The position numbers and the translations under genes are program-made. From the NCBI GenBank assembly GCA_963823665.1, contig CAWGMQ010000008.1, positions 384,001 to 448,000 on the forward strand: DNA of 64,000 bases, in the 5' to 3' direction. The stretch is from an uncultured Planctomycetota bacterium. Its GTDB lineage: Bacteria; Planctomycetota; Planctomycetia; Isosphaerales; Isosphaeraceae. The notes below the pieces were generated by a model. It was not told the DNA's origin. It ran no database searches and saw only the letters and a program-made list of their open reading frames with translations. Positions within the stretch are counted from its first letter, which is position 1. Each line of letters starts with the position of its first letter. This document shows, in pieces, positions 10,192 through 22,226 of this stretch.

Positions 10192-13067
10192 CTACGACTT
10201 TGGGTGGTCGATGCGATCGAGAAGCACCTTGAACTCGGCCTCGGAGAGAACCTGCGTGAAGTCGGGCTCGGCGCGGATCGGGGTGGGATCGCGGTAGCCG
10301 CCATCGACCGCGCGGGCCAGTGCATCGTGCGCGAGTGCTCGCGCGCGGCGACCTTCATCATCGTTAGCACGGGCGGCGCAGACCGCGAAACAGCGGGCGA
10401 GGGGAAGGAGGATGGGCGTTCGATCCGCGTTCGACTTGAGCAAGTCTTCGGCCTTTTTCAGTGCCTCGTCGCGACGACCTGAATGCGCCAGCGCAAGGGC
10501 GAATGCCGCTTGCATCGGCAAGTTGTGGGGCTCGAGCTGCGCGAGATCGGTGCGAATCTCGAGGGCATTACGCCAGAGTCGCTCTGCGTCCGCGGGCTTG
10601 CCGTGCTTGGATGTTAGCGCGGCCAGCAACTCGCTGTCGGCGGCGGTCACTTGTCGCTGGAACGTGTCTTCGGCGTCGTGAGCCAGCACTTCGCGTGCGT
10701 AGGCAAGCGATTGGTTCAGGGCGCTCTCCGCTTCGGCATCCTGGCCGCTTCGCGCCAGCATGGCGCCATATTCGCCTTGAATTGTGGCCAGGTCACCCCG
10801 GAACGGCATGTGCTGCGGGTGCTGGGTGATGAGCAAGGTGCAGATCTGGAGCGCCTGATCAAAGTGGCTGCGTGCGTCTGGCCAGTCGCCGAGCTGACTG
10901 CTGGCGACGCCCAGCCAGAGCTCGGCTTCCGATGCGTAGCTTTTTGCGTTCCCATTGCGGGGCTCGAGCTTGATCCAGGCGCGTCTCAGTTCGAGCGATT
11001 TCTGGAACCGCTCGCGCGCAAGTGACGCGTGGCCCAGGGCGAGCTCGGCGGTCCCCTGTTTGATCGCGATGCCGGAAAGGATTCGATCGTTGTCCGCAGC
11101 GGTGTAGTTGCCGCTCTTGGGGTGCAGCGAGATTTCTTCCTGGACCTTCCAGGCGCGGGCGAACTCGTCGCGAGCGCGGGCGGCATCGCCGGTTTGATCG
11201 AGAGCCGTCTCGCCCAGGCGGACCAGCATGACACCCAGGTTGGCGCGCGCCACGTCGTTGGTGGGCTGATCGTTCGCCACCCGAGCGATCCGGTCGTAGC
11301 CTTGTTGATATTCCCGGCGCGCGTCGTCGACTTGACCGAGCTTTCGAAGCATGTCACCCAATCGCTGATGAAGCGTTGCAAATGCGAACGGGCTGACTCC
11401 CTGGCCCTCGATCCGCTCGGCCAGGGGAACCATCTCTTTCTGGAGCATGGTCAAGAGGTCGGTGCGGAGGCGGAGCCATTCCGCCTCGGCGCGCGCGGGA
11501 TCGTGCTGGGCCTTGAGGCGGACCATCACCTGCTCGCCCAGGTGGATCATCTGCACGATGGCATCCTGAGCAATTCCCTTGGCGGCCGTTTCCTGGCTGC
11601 GGGCGCGGGCTTCGTTGGCGCTGGCCCGCTTGGCATTGGCAAGCGCCTCCTCGGCCTTTGAGTGGGCCTCTTGGGCGTTGTGCTGGGCGAGCGCCGCGTT
11701 ATTCCTGGCAGCACGGGCATTGGCGAGCGCATTGCGCTCATTGGTGAGCGCCAGCCGATAGAGAAACGTCGAGGTCGCCGCCCAGGCGAGGACCAGGAGC
11801 GCCACGACCGCGCTCAGGCCCGCGACCCAGGGATTGCGCCGGCACCAGCGCCAGAGCCATTCGGCGCTGCTCACGGGTCGGGCCAGAATCGCTTCGCCCG
11901 AGAGGAAGCGGCGGAGATCTTCCTCGAGTGCGTCTGCGGAGGCGTAGCGCCTGGCGGGATCCTTCTGCAAGCACTTCAGGCAAATTGTTTCGAGATCACG
12001 CGGTATCTTGGGCTGAAACTGCGAAGGCGGAATCGGCTCCTGGGTGCGCACTTGCAGAAGCGTGTCCAGGACCGACGCGGCGCGAAACGGCGGGCGCCCG
12101 GTCATGAGCTCGTATAGGATGCCGCCGAGCGCATAGATGTCTGTGGACGGGCCGATATCCTTGATTCTTCCCTCAGCCTGCTCGGGGGCCATGTAGCTGG
12201 GGGTGCCCAGGATCGAGCCGGACTGGGTTTGGCCGGCGTCGTCTTCGAGGCGCTTGACCAGGCCGAAATCGCTGACCTTGGGCTCACCGGATTCGGTCAG
12301 AAGGACATTCGCGGGCTTCAAGTCGCGATGCACGATGCCGCGCTCGTGGGCGTAATGCATGCCGCCGGCGAGCGTTTTGACCAGTTGTGCGGCGTCGCGC
12401 GGCGGGAACGGAGTGCCGGCTATCTTCCTGGCGAGGCTGCCGCCGGCGACATATTCCAGCGAGAAGAAAGGCTGGCCGTTGTCTTCGCCGACCTCGTAGA
12501 TCTGGACAATGTTGGGATGCTGCAAATCGGCAACGGCCATGGCCTCGCTGCGAAACCGCGCCAGGTCTTCCGGGGCGTGATGTCCCACGGCGCTGATCAT
12601 CTTGAGCGCGACGATTCGCTTGAGCCCGCGCTGACGGGCCTTGTAAACGACGCCCATTCCTCCCTGGCCCAGCACCTTGAGGATCTTGTAGCCGGCAACC
12701 TGGTCGAGGCGGGGTGGCGGCACGGCCGCGGCGGAGTCCGAGTCGGAGCTGGCATCGGATGGGTCGCGGGCTGGGAGCTGGAATGTCGCGGAGTCGGTGC
12801 TGTCGACGGGCGAGCTGACGGCAGAGCCTGCGAGCGTCGGGGCGAGTATTTCGCGCGGTGGCGCTCGGGATCGTCTGCCAACGTCGAGCCGGCTTCGTGG
12901 GGGGTGTGACGATGCGATTCGGGAGCGGGCTCCGGACTGATCGCGTGCGGGGCGCCTTCGACGCGTGTGGTGTTCATCGGGAACGTATCACGCGACGGTT
13001 CCTCGCCCGAGGCTCCGGACGGATTCTGATTGACCGTTTCCTGAGTGGGTCTGGGAGAATCATTCAT
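10192..13067 (-). CDS. Hanks-type Ser/Thr protein kinase with TM helix and C-terminal TPR-like helical domain; frameshift in N-terminal linker
   Basis: LGQGGMGVVY, VALKM, HRDLKPAN, DFG, GTPSYMAPE; WCRRNP plus TM; N-terminus MNDSPR in ORF 12597-13154. Confidence 0.9.
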
Positions 13068-13165
13068 GGGACTCAACGGAGTTCGACATTGCGAGTGGTC
13101 TCGTCGGCGGATGTGCTTGCCTTCAAAGATACCGCGTCTCTTGATTCCCTGCACTATTGATCAAG

Positions 13166-15082
13166 TCAGGGCTCGCGGTAGGGCTTCTTCTCTCTGAAGA
13201 GCTTGAGCTTCTCTTCGCCCTTCTGTTTGTCTTCGGCGTCGGTGTAAAGTGCATTCGCCTTGGTCTGCCATTCCACCGCCGCTTCGAAGTCGCCCGCCTC
13301 GGCGTGGGCTGCGGCGAGACTGCCGAGGGAGCAGCCATCCTTCCATTCCGTCAGCTCACAGGCTGTCGTCGCTGAATCAACAGCCATCTTGCCCATGCGG
13401 TAATTGGCGTCGGGGCAGGTGGCCTGGAGCCAGGCTCGGCCGCAGTAGGCGCTCGCGTATTTGGGATCGAGACGGATGGCTTCGGTGTAATCGGCCATCG
13501 CTTTGTCGGGTTGCTTCTTGGCGTCGCGGGCATCGCCACGCCAGACGTAGGCCTTCACGTACTTGGGGTCGAGACGGATGGCCTCGGTGTAATCGGGAAT
13601 TGCCTTGTCGTACTCTTTCTTGGCGTACCAGGCGTCTCCGCGGTAGCAGTAGGCCGAAGCGTACGCCGGATCGAGACGGATGGCCTCGGTGTAATCGGGA
13701 ATTGCCTTGTCGTACTCTCTCTTGGCGTACCACGCATCCCCGCGGTAGCAGTAGGCCAAAGCGTACGCCGGATCGAGACGGATGGCTTCGGTGTAATCGG
13801 CAATGGCCCGGTCGTAGTCTTTCTTTTCGTACCACGCGTTACCGCGGTTCTCATACGCGCGGGTGTAGTTCGGATCGAGACGAATCGCGTCGTTGTAATC
13901 GGCTATCGCTCGGTCGCGATCGTTCTTTTCGGACCATGCGCTACCGCGGTTACTGTGCGCAATCGCGTATTTCGGATTGATTCGGATCGCCTCGGAGTAA
14001 TCGGCAATCGCCCGGTCGTGATCCTTCTTGCCGTACCACGCGTTGCCGCGGTTATTGAAACGGCTGGCGCGGCTCGGATCGAGCCGGATCGCCTCGGAGT
14101 AATCGGCAATCGCCCGATCGTAGTCGTTCTTGCCGTACCACGCCTCGCCGCGATTGTTGTACGCAGCGCCGGCCGTCGGGTCGAGACGGATCGCTTCGTC
14201 GTAATCGGCGATAGCCCGGTTGAAATCCCTCTTGGCGATCCAGGCATTTCCGCGGTTGATGTACTGGCGTGCGTCCTTCCGGTCGAGCTGGATCGCCTCG
14301 TTGTAAGCGGCGATCGCCCGGTCATAGTCCTTCTTCGCGGACCAGGCATCACCTCGGGCGACGAACGAGGGAGCGTGCGTCGGATCGAGCCGGATCGCCT
14401 CGTTGTAATCGGCAATCGCCCGGTCATAGTCCTTCTTGCCGCACCATGCATTGCCGCGGTTGTGGTACGTTGCCGCGTCCTTCGTGCCAAGTTCGATCGC
14501 CACGCTGTAATCGGCAATCGCCCGGTCGTACTCCTTCTTGTCGGACCAGGCCAGGCCGCGATTGTAGAAGAGACACGCTCTCGCAGGGTCGAGCCGAACT
14601 GCTTCATTGTAATGGGCGAAGGCGCTTTCGAAGTCGTGTTGCTCCGCACGCAGAATGCTCGCTCGCATTGTGTATGAAAAAACGTCGCCTGGATTGGACC
14701 GGATGCAATCGCTGAAGAATGCGATGGCCGCGTCGAGGGGGACAACTCGATCGGCGAGCGCCCAACCGCTCAACTCCCGCTCCTCCGACTTGAGCCAGAG
14801 CCAGGGACCGTTCACCTGTTCGACCCGGTAGATCGCGATTTCATCCCTGCGATCGATTAGCTGGTTTTGGATCTTGAGTTCGAAGTGGGCGAGTTTCTGC
14901 ACGACCCGCTTGCCGATCCAGCCGTTATCGGGCCCGGCGGAGCGAGCGATTGGCGGGGCCGCCGAGATGAGCAACACAACGGCCGCCAGCAGGATTGGCC
15001 TGGCGAAGGAGCCGAAAGGCGCCGGGTTTCGCAACACATGGCAACCCGGCAATTCGTGGTCAGCCGCGATGTGCAACGTCAT
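13166..15082 (-). CDS. Exported TPR protein B (paralog of 7955-9765; 12 TPRs plus cap)
   Basis: Signal peptide, WIGKRVV..VNGPWLWL..SGWA domain, 34-aa repeats, AWLQATCPDA cap. Confidence 0.9.
   Translation of the reverse strand: MTLHIAADHELPGCHVLRNPAPFGSFARPILLAAVVLLISAAPPIARSAGPDNGWIGKRVVQKLAHFELKIQNQLIDRRDEIAIYRVEQVNGPWLWLKSEERELSGWALADRVVPLDAAIAFFSDCIRSNPGDVFSYTMRASILRAEQHDFESAFAHYNEAVRLDPARACLFYNRGLAWSDKKEYDRAIADYSVAIELGTKDAATYHNRGNAWCGKKDYDRAIADYNEAIRLDPTHAPSFVARGDAWSAKKDYDRAIAAYNEAIQLDRKDARQYINRGNAWIAKRDFNRAIADYDEAIRLDPTAGAAYNNRGEAWYGKNDYDRAIADYSEAIRLDPSRASRFNNRGNAWYGKKDHDRAIADYSEAIRINPKYAIAHSNRGSAWSEKNDRDRAIADYNDAIRLDPNYTRAYENRGNAWYEKKDYDRAIADYTEAIRLDPAYALAYCYRGDAWYAKREYDKAIPDYTEAIRLDPAYASAYCYRGDAWYAKKEYDKAIPDYTEAIRLDPKYVKAYVWRGDARDAKKQPDKAMADYTEAIRLDPKYASAYCGRAWLQATCPDANYRMGKMAVDSATTACELTEWKDGCSLGSLAAAHAEAGDFEAAVEWQTKANALYTDAEDKQKGEEKLKLFREKKPYREP
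13569..13772. repeat. Two near-identical 102-bp tandem TPR-coding units
   Basis: 13569-13670 vs 13671-13772 differ at about 5 positions by eye. Confidence 0.85.
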
Positions 15083-15207
15083 GGCTCACCGTTCCCTCCG
15101 TGTGCTGCGCCGGCATCTGCGCCCGTGTGCGCGGCAAATGCGGCCGCGACGATACGAGTGTCGAACCGGCGGGTCAAGAGCAACCGATGCGGTCGCGCAT
15201 CCAACAA

Positions 15208-15235
15208 TATCGGCGGAAATGGGGAGGGATCTTCA
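15208..15235 (-). promoter_or_regulatory. sigma28-like promoter candidate TGAAG-N16-GCCGATA upstream of TPR B
   Basis: Homologous to 9896-9923 at a similar distance (about 126-130 nt) from the start codon. Confidence 0.45.
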
Positions 15236-15308
15236 CGATGGCTCAATGCTCGACGGACCCATCGTTCGATTCGCCGACGACAGGATTGGGCTTGAGTCAC
15301 GAAAAATC

Positions 15309-15330
15309 GTCAGGCTGAAGCCTGACCTAC
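15309..15330 (-). repeat. GTAG-type REP element
   Basis: gtcaggctgaagcctgacctac, identical to 9999-10020. Confidence 0.85.
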
Positions 15331-15336
15331 GGGCGC

Positions 15337-15906
15337 TCACGAGATCGGATCGGGGGAATCGCCGGCGAGCAGCCGCTGGGGGACTTGTTTGAAGGAATAG
15401 GATTTTGACGATCGATCGAGGTCGAAAACCCAGACGATGTCAAAGCGATGGGCCGGCCAGGACTGCGGAACCGTGGTGCTGTTGCCCACGATCGCGTTGG
15501 CGATGGTCGGGATGTCTTCGTGCTGCCAACTGATGAGGGCGACTTCGCCGCAGGTCATGGCGTCCTCTGCGAGTTTGTCGATGGCGTTTTTCTTGTGCGT
15601 CTTGGGAGTCAAGCCGAGCTTGCTTGCGAGCGGGGTGATCGTCTCGACGGGCCGCTTGCTGCCGCCGCCGCTTTTCGACTCGGCGGCGAAGAGGAACGTT
15701 GGCGTTGCGAGCTGGGCGTCTTGCAAGGGGCCGCGCGAGGGGGCGAACAGGCAGGCGAGGGCACCGGCGCGCTGCCAGCCCTCGATGATCAGCGACTCTT
15801 CATCTTGAACCCCGTCGGCGGTGACGCCGAACGGCTGGCCGGAGGCCGGCGGTTTTTCCGCGTGGCGGATGATCATGATCTTGGTGGTTGTGGGCGATTG
15901 TGCCAT
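15337..15906 (-). CDS. Histidine phosphatase superfamily protein
   Basis: IIRHAEKP catalytic-His motif, RPVET, SWQHEDI. Confidence 0.75.
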   Translation of the reverse strand: MAQSPTTTKIMIIRHAEKPPASGQPFGVTADGVQDEESLIIEGWQRAGALACLFAPSRGPLQDAQLATPTFLFAAESKSGGGSKRPVETITPLASKLGLTPKTHKKNAIDKLAEDAMTCGEVALISWQHEDIPTIANAIVGNSTTVPQSWPAHRFDIVWVFDLDRSSKSYSFKQVPQRLLAGDSPDPIS

Positions 15907-15932
15907 GAGCAGGCTTCCTTGGGAGGGTGAAC

Positions 15933-15984
15933 GTCAGGCTGAAGCCTGGCCTACTTCGGATGTCAGGCTGAAAGCCTGACGTAC
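15933..15984 (-). repeat. Two GTAG-type REP elements
   Basis: gtcaggctgaagcctggcctac (15933-15954) and gtcaggctgaaagcctgacgtac (15962-15984). Confidence 0.8.
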
Positions 15985-15989
15985 AGGGG

Positions 15990-18395
15990 TCAGGGTTTTA
16001 TGCCCAGGCGTTGCCTCAAGCGGATAAATTTGTCGTGGAGGACCGTTCCCCCCAGCTCAGGGCGGAGGATCGAGGTTGAGTCAATCAACTGGGCTGCTTC
16101 GCGGATCTTGCCGGTGTGGAAGTAGGCCAGAGCGAGCGCGTAGCGAGCGTCAAACCAGGGGAGGGAGCCGGGCGGGTTGTTCTTCATTCGCAGGCGCTCG
16201 ACGTCAATTGCGTGCGAGTGAATCTGGAGGCGGTTGTAGGTGTCGCCCAGCTCGCGCAACAAACGGTCGCTCGAGGTGAACGTATCGAGGTCTTTCCATG
16301 CCGAGAGGGAGAGGCGAGCCTCGCGATCGGCACCGGTGAAGAGCAGGGCCCTGGTCTCGCGGAACGCCAGCTCGCTGCGCTTCTCGGGCGGCATCTCCTC
16401 GTCGCTCTTGAGCACGGGCTCGACGAGCAGCCTGAGCACCAAGCCGAACCGGCGCGCGCCGCAGGTCGGATTCGGCGGTGGAAGCGCACTGGTCGAGCAG
16501 GCGGATCGCATCGAAGTAGACGTCGAGCTCGGTGGGGATTCTCCAGGAATGATGGCTCTGTGCTTCGCGCTCGGCTTCGATGTAGCGGCGCCAGCTCGAC
16601 CTGTGCGACCAGACGAAGCAGCCGGGCGCGGTAGAGCTGGACCGGGATGCTCGGCAACCGCGCGACCTGATCGCAGAGTTCGCGTGCGGTTTCCGGTGAG
16701 GCGGAGCCTGGAGAGAGGTCGAGCCGCGCTCGCGCGAGCAGCAGCTCGGCCTTTTCCGACTCGGTGCGCGCGCGCTTGTAGCTCTCGATGGCGAAATTCC
16801 GAGCGCGGGCCAGGATCTCGGCCACGCGCTTGCGATCGGGGCTGATGTCATCGATCGAGAGCTGATCGCGGTCGAGGGCGAGGATGGCCAGGCGGGATTC
16901 GAGCCAGTGTGGGGAGCGCGGGTCGATGGCGGACCAGAGCTTTTCGGCACGCTCGCGCTCGGCGCTTGCGATGGCCGCCTTGCCGAGCAGCCAGCGAGCT
17001 TCGTCGGTGGAAGAATCCTTGGGAAAATCGCGAATCTGCCGCTCGAGTGCAGCGATGTACGTGGCGGTCGAGGCACCCGGGAGATGCAGCGCGGCCGATC
17101 GACCGCGGGCCACGGCACGCAGCATGCCGGCCCGCGCGCGCGGGACTCCGGGCCTGGGGAATCGGCGACCTCAGAAAGCACCGAATCGGCTTCCGCGAAC
17201 TTGCCTGCCTGAAACAGAAAACCGCCGGCTTTGAGGCGAAAAGACGCCGCGGCGTCGGTTTGCCCGAGCGCCGCAGCACGGTTGGCGGCGAGCGTCATCT
17301 GGGACCCGGCAGTCGACGGGTCTCCTCGGGCGCTGTAGGCCGCGGCGAGCGTCTCCCAGACTTCAGGAGGATGGGCCGCGTCCGGGCTGAGCCTGCTTGC
17401 GGCCAGCTCGAGCAGGGCCGCTCGCGATTCGGGTGACGGTTTTTTTCGCAGCTCGCCCACGGCACGAAACAAGTCGGTCTCCGCGGCCATTCGAGCGGCC
17501 CCCGAGGGTAGGCCGGCAACCTCGGCCAGGCGAGTGCGCACGATCCAGAGCTCCTCGTGCGGGCGGATCGACGTGAGCCGTCTTCAGGAACTCGATGGCC
17601 TCGGGGTATTTCTTGCGGTCGAGCAAGAGCGGGAGCTTGACCTCGGCGACTTGGCTTGCGGGGGGGGCAGAGGGTGACTTGACGGCCGCGTTGAGCTGGG
17701 TTTCGGCCTCCTCGGGCTTGCCCAGGCGGCGGAGCAAGTCGGCCTTGAGCAGGAGCCAAAAGCCGGTGAGTGCCGAGGAATCGCCCGGGGTCTGGGCGAG
17801 CAAATCGACCGCTTCGGACTCGCGAGAGCGCCGGCCGGGAGAATCGACGGGCTCAAGGCTGGCGCGGTCGGCGAGCGATTCGGCCAGGCGGAAGCGAAGA
17901 TTCTCGGCCAGGGCCGGTTTATCGCCCAGCGGATCCCACTGCTCGAAAACGAGCGATCGCGTCATCGAGCGCGGCGATGGCCTCCTTGGGCGGCCGGGGA
18001 TCGTCGGGCGAAGCCTGGCCGGAGGAGATCCAGCTCTGCGCCTGGGCCCAGCGATAGACGCCGGCCTGAAAGCGCATTTCGCTGGCATGGGGCGGCTCGA
18101 CATTCTCGTTGAGAAATGTGTCGAAGAGCTCGATGGCCTGTGTCCAGCGAAGGCGCCGCTTCTCGGCGGAGGCGGCAGCCTGGGCGGCCCGGTCGAGCGT
18201 GGCGGCCATGTCGAGCAGCAAGTCTTCGCGGCGGGAGAGCTCGAGGAACTTGCCGGTGATCTGTTCGCGGACGGTGGACAGATGACGGTCGAGCTCGGCG
18301 TCCGAAACCGAGTCCTGCATGCTGGCGGCGGCGGGCGCGGCAGCGGCGGCGCACGCCGCGAGAACGATCAGCAAAGCCCACGTCTTAGTTGACAA
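15990..18395 (-). CDS. Large exported helical/TPR-like hypothetical protein (several frameshifts)
   Basis: Signal peptide at 18395; consecutive overlapping minus-strand ORFs 17919-18395, 17363-18103, 16204-17541, 16184-17125, 15990-16511 with TPR-like helices (WFDARYALALAYFHTG). Confidence 0.6.
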
Positions 18396-19673
18396 GAACG
18401 GGAACCTCTTCGGGGACGGGCTCCTTGGCTGGGGGGTGGAAGAAAACCCATAGGATCGCCGTCGAGATCAGCCCGAGCACGAGGGGAACCGGAATAACAT
18501 CGGATAGTCGATGCTAATCTTACCGTCGACCTTTGTCGAGAACGCCGCCTCGAGTCCCTTCCAGAGGAAGCCGCCAACGAACGGCCCCAACCCCAGAATC
18601 AGCAGATTGAACAGGCTCTGGGCACTGGTGCGAACGTCTTTCGGGAAGTTCTCGTCGACGAAAATGTAAACCGTGGCGAAGAAGAATGCGTACGCAAAGC
18701 CATGCACGACATTGCTGAGAACGATCAACCCCAGCCAGAGCTGTCCGCCGTAGTAGCCACCCAGGGCGTAGATTCCGAACCGCACCACGTGGCCCAAGAC
18801 ACCGATGATCATGGTGGTGCGCCAGCCAAGTCGCTTCAGGAAGAAGCCAAGGGTCGCCATGGTCGCGATCTCGGCGATCTGTCCAATACTCATCGCCGCG
18901 GAGATCCACCGCTCGGGCAGGCCAAGTTTCTCATAAAAGGGGCCGCTCGTGATGAAATAACAGTTATGCACAAGCGAATCGATAAATGTCACGATGAAGA
19001 GCACGAGAATTGTGGGGACAGCGAGCAGGCGGAAGGCCTTGAACGGGGCAAACGCCGCGCCCTCGCTCTTGACCGGTGGCGTGCTGGGAAGCGTGAGGCA
19101 GTATGCGGCGGTGACGAGCGCCGCAACTCCCGCTACCGTGAACAAATTGTGAATAGGCAGGAGGATGAAGGGCCAGGCGGCTGCAATCCATCCCAGGGTT
19201 CCGCCGACACGAACGAGCCCGAACTCCTTCTGCGCGTCCTTGAGATTGGCGAACGCAATTGCATTTGTGACCGACAGCGTCGGCACGTAGAAGAAGCTGT
19301 AAAGCATCATCAGACCGAAAAAGAGCCAAAATGTCGATGCGAGGGCCGGCGCAGCTTCGAGACCGGGAGCGGCACCTGTCGCACCGGCTGAGATGCCGAC
19401 CGCGCTGAGTCCGAGCAACGAAAGCCCGCTCACCAGGAGGCTGAAGGCCAGGAATTTCTCTTGAGAAAAATAACGATCGGCAAGCTGGCCACCGAAGAAG
19501 ATCGCAGTCAGCGACATGATGGCGAACGCGTCGTTGACCAGGGCAGCCTGCAGCCAATCAAAGTTCAAGTACTTGGGGCCAAGATAGTTATTCAAAAGTG
19601 GGAACCACGCTCCCCAGATCAAATACTCCAGGAACATCATGACGATGAGCTTGTAGCGGATCACGGAGTTCAT
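18385..19673 (-). CDS. MFS nucleoside:H+ symporter family (NupG/XapB-like); frameshift near 18480
   Basis: MMFLEYLIWGAW, GQLADRYF, RVGGTLGW, SIGQIAE; last TM VLGLISTAILWVFF..VN* in shifted frame. Confidence 0.85.
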
Positions 19674-19776
19674 CGCGGGGGACTCGCGGGCGAAGTTGCG
19701 GGAGGAAGAATCGAGCACACACACGAGCTGCCCGGTGTGCGGTCGAATTCCGAGTGCCGAAAACGCGGTTTCGACT

Positions 19777-21053
19777 CTACCGACTGGCGCGGCTGGTTGC
19801 CATTGGCTGCCGGTCAGAAGATCGCGAAGGTCTCGGAGCTAGCGACGCCTCGACGAGATCCAGGATCCGTTCGACCATTCCGTGGCAGGTGTTGGCCAGC
19901 GCATATGCGTGCCGCAGGCCGGCGCGGCCGTCATCCGAGCGACGGGCCAGGATCTCGCGCACCGCCGCGGCGAATTCGTCGTCGCTCGTCGACGACGTGG
20001 AAACGCTCGGCATGCAGACGGCACTCGGGAATGGCCGTGGCGACGATCGGGCGGCCCGAGCCCATCGCGTCCATGATCTTGGTCGGGTTGCACGCTCGGT
20101 TGAACGGATGGTCGATCTGGTAGGGAATCAGGCAGACGTCGAACGCCTGATAATATCGCGCGATCTCCGCCTGCGGGCGCCAGCCCAGTGCGTGGACATT
20201 CGGCCGCGCAAGGAAGCGCGAACACGCCTCCCACCACGGCTCGGACGTCGCGTCGCGGACCCGGCCGACAACCACGATCGAGGCTTCCGGAAAGTCGCGG
20301 CTCAGTTTCCCCAGAAGCTCCCAGTCCACCCGATCCTCGAGGGAGCCGACATAACCGAGATAGGGACGCGAAAGCCTGGCCAGGTCAGCGGGCGGCTGAG
20401 CCGGACGCTCGAGCGGCGCGTCGGCCAGAAACGGCGTCGGGGCGCCATGGGGCACGTGGTGAATTCGCTCGGCGGCTTCCGGGATCGTGGCGATGAGCTC
20501 GTCGCGCGCAGAGCGCGAGACACAGACCGTCACATCGGCGGCGAGAACGGCCGCGCGCTCGAGCTCCCGCACCTCTTCAGCCGACTTCGGGCCAGTAGAG
20601 CGTGTAGTCGTCGATGTTGTAGTAAACCAGGACGTCGGGGCGGAGCATCGCACTCAGGTAGAGATAGTGAGGATAGGTCATCACCAGCCCGCGGCGCCGG
20701 TCCGCCGGCTGTGACTGCCACCAGCGCCGGATCGTGCGGGCCACCGGGCGCATTCCCAGCCGCGGATAGCGCTTCATCCATCCGGAGGGGAGCACAAACT
20801 CGCGTTCCCAGAAGGCGGGGTTGCTGTGGCGCAGCCGGCACTCACTGGACCAGGGGTAAAGCCCGCGCCGCCAACCATTTAGGTAATCGTGGCATTTGAG
20901 CAACAAGACCGAAACGCCTTCGCGGTCGATTTCGCGGAAGAGGTTTTCGGTGTTGAACCAGCCGACGTCGGCCACGGCCAGCGCCAGGCCGCGCCGTCCT
21001 CCGGCATTTGCCGCAGTGAAAGAGCGGCTCTCGCGGGTTGTCGCGCTCGGCAT
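19777..21053 (-). CDS. Glycosyltransferase (GT-B, family 4-like); frameshifts near 20580 and 19985
   Basis: VYYNIDDY, GYVGSLEDRVDW, FDVCLIPY..CNPTKIMDAMGSGRPIVAT. Confidence 0.8.
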
Positions 21054-21208
21054 GTTGCTCGTTCCCAGCCGCCGCGCAAGGGGCGATCCGATGGCTGTCT
21101 CGCTAGAGTCCCTGCGGCGATATCCTGTTCCGGCGGACCGATCTATAGCGGAGATCGGCAAGATCGTCAACCGACGATCAGGGGACCCGGCTCCGATGGC
21201 GGTCCTTT

Positions 21209-22226
21209 TCACTGCGAGCTCAAGATGGTCGCGAACGCTTTGATCTTGGCCGGCGGCTCGTCCTTCAAGTCGCTTTCGACCTCGAGTATCGCGTGAAACG
21301 GGCCTGAGAGGTCCGTGGGGGCTTTGAGGGTGATGTTCACCGTGTGCTCGGCCGAGGAACCGGGCTTCTCCTCGGCGGCGGTGAGCGACGGCTGGCTGCC
21401 GGAGAGCGCTTTGATCGCGAATGGAGAGGACGACCGCACGCGGACGATTTTTTGGGCGGATTGCCCGGGTTTGAGCGGTCCGAAGTTGATGATCGAGGGG
21501 GTCACCGAGACGGCGCCTTGCACGTTGGCCACGACCGAGATCGGAATGGTCTGTGGTGGCGTGTCGTTGGTGATGATCGAGATTTCGTCTCTGAAGAAGC
21601 CGTTGGGAAGCCCGGGCTCGAGGGTTGCGGTGAGGTGCCACTGAATCCGCCCGTCGGCGGTTCGCCCGAGCTCCTTGGCGACGGCCTTGACGCTCGAGGA
21701 CTGGGTCTTCATGTCGGCGATCTCCCAGCCCGCGCGGCCACCGGCGTAGTTGAGGGTCAGGGCCGTCGCGGCACCCTTCTGGGACGGGCGAACGACGCCG
21801 AAATCGACAAATCCCGGTGTGAGGGTGATGTCGGCCCGGATGAAGCAGTTCATGTTGAGATCGACGGCGGTCGAGACTGGGCGGTCCAGAAAGAGAGTGA
21901 GGCCCGACGCCTTGGTACCGGTAAAGCGAGTGGTGTCGATCGTGGCCTCGATCGTCGTCTGGGTGCCGGGGGGAATCACTTTCGAGCCGACGCGCACGTC
22001 CGTACACCCGCACTTGGGCTTCCACTCGACGATACGGACTTCCATGTCGGTGCGATTGATCACGGGGAACGTGTAGCGCACCTGCGAGCCCTTGGCGACG
22101 ACGCCGAAGTCGTGGGTGCGCTCGGGAAAGACCTGTGAAATCCAGTCGGGCTGCGCCGCGCGGCACGGGGAACCCGTAGAAGAAGGTGGTTGCAACCAAG
22201 GCAGCCCAGACGACAAACCGCCGCAT
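21209..22226 (-). CDS. DUF1573 domain-containing exported protein; frameshift in signal region
   Basis: HDFGVV, KCGCT motif, repeated Ig-like PGFVDFG/PSIINFG; MRRFVVWAA start with GGAG RBS. Confidence 0.8.

Noticed and set aside
13166..15082. TPR repeats as a DGR template/variable pair or a CRISPR array
   Set aside because: The 102-bp units are coding, differences are not adenine-specific, and there are no spacers, RT or cas genes in the window
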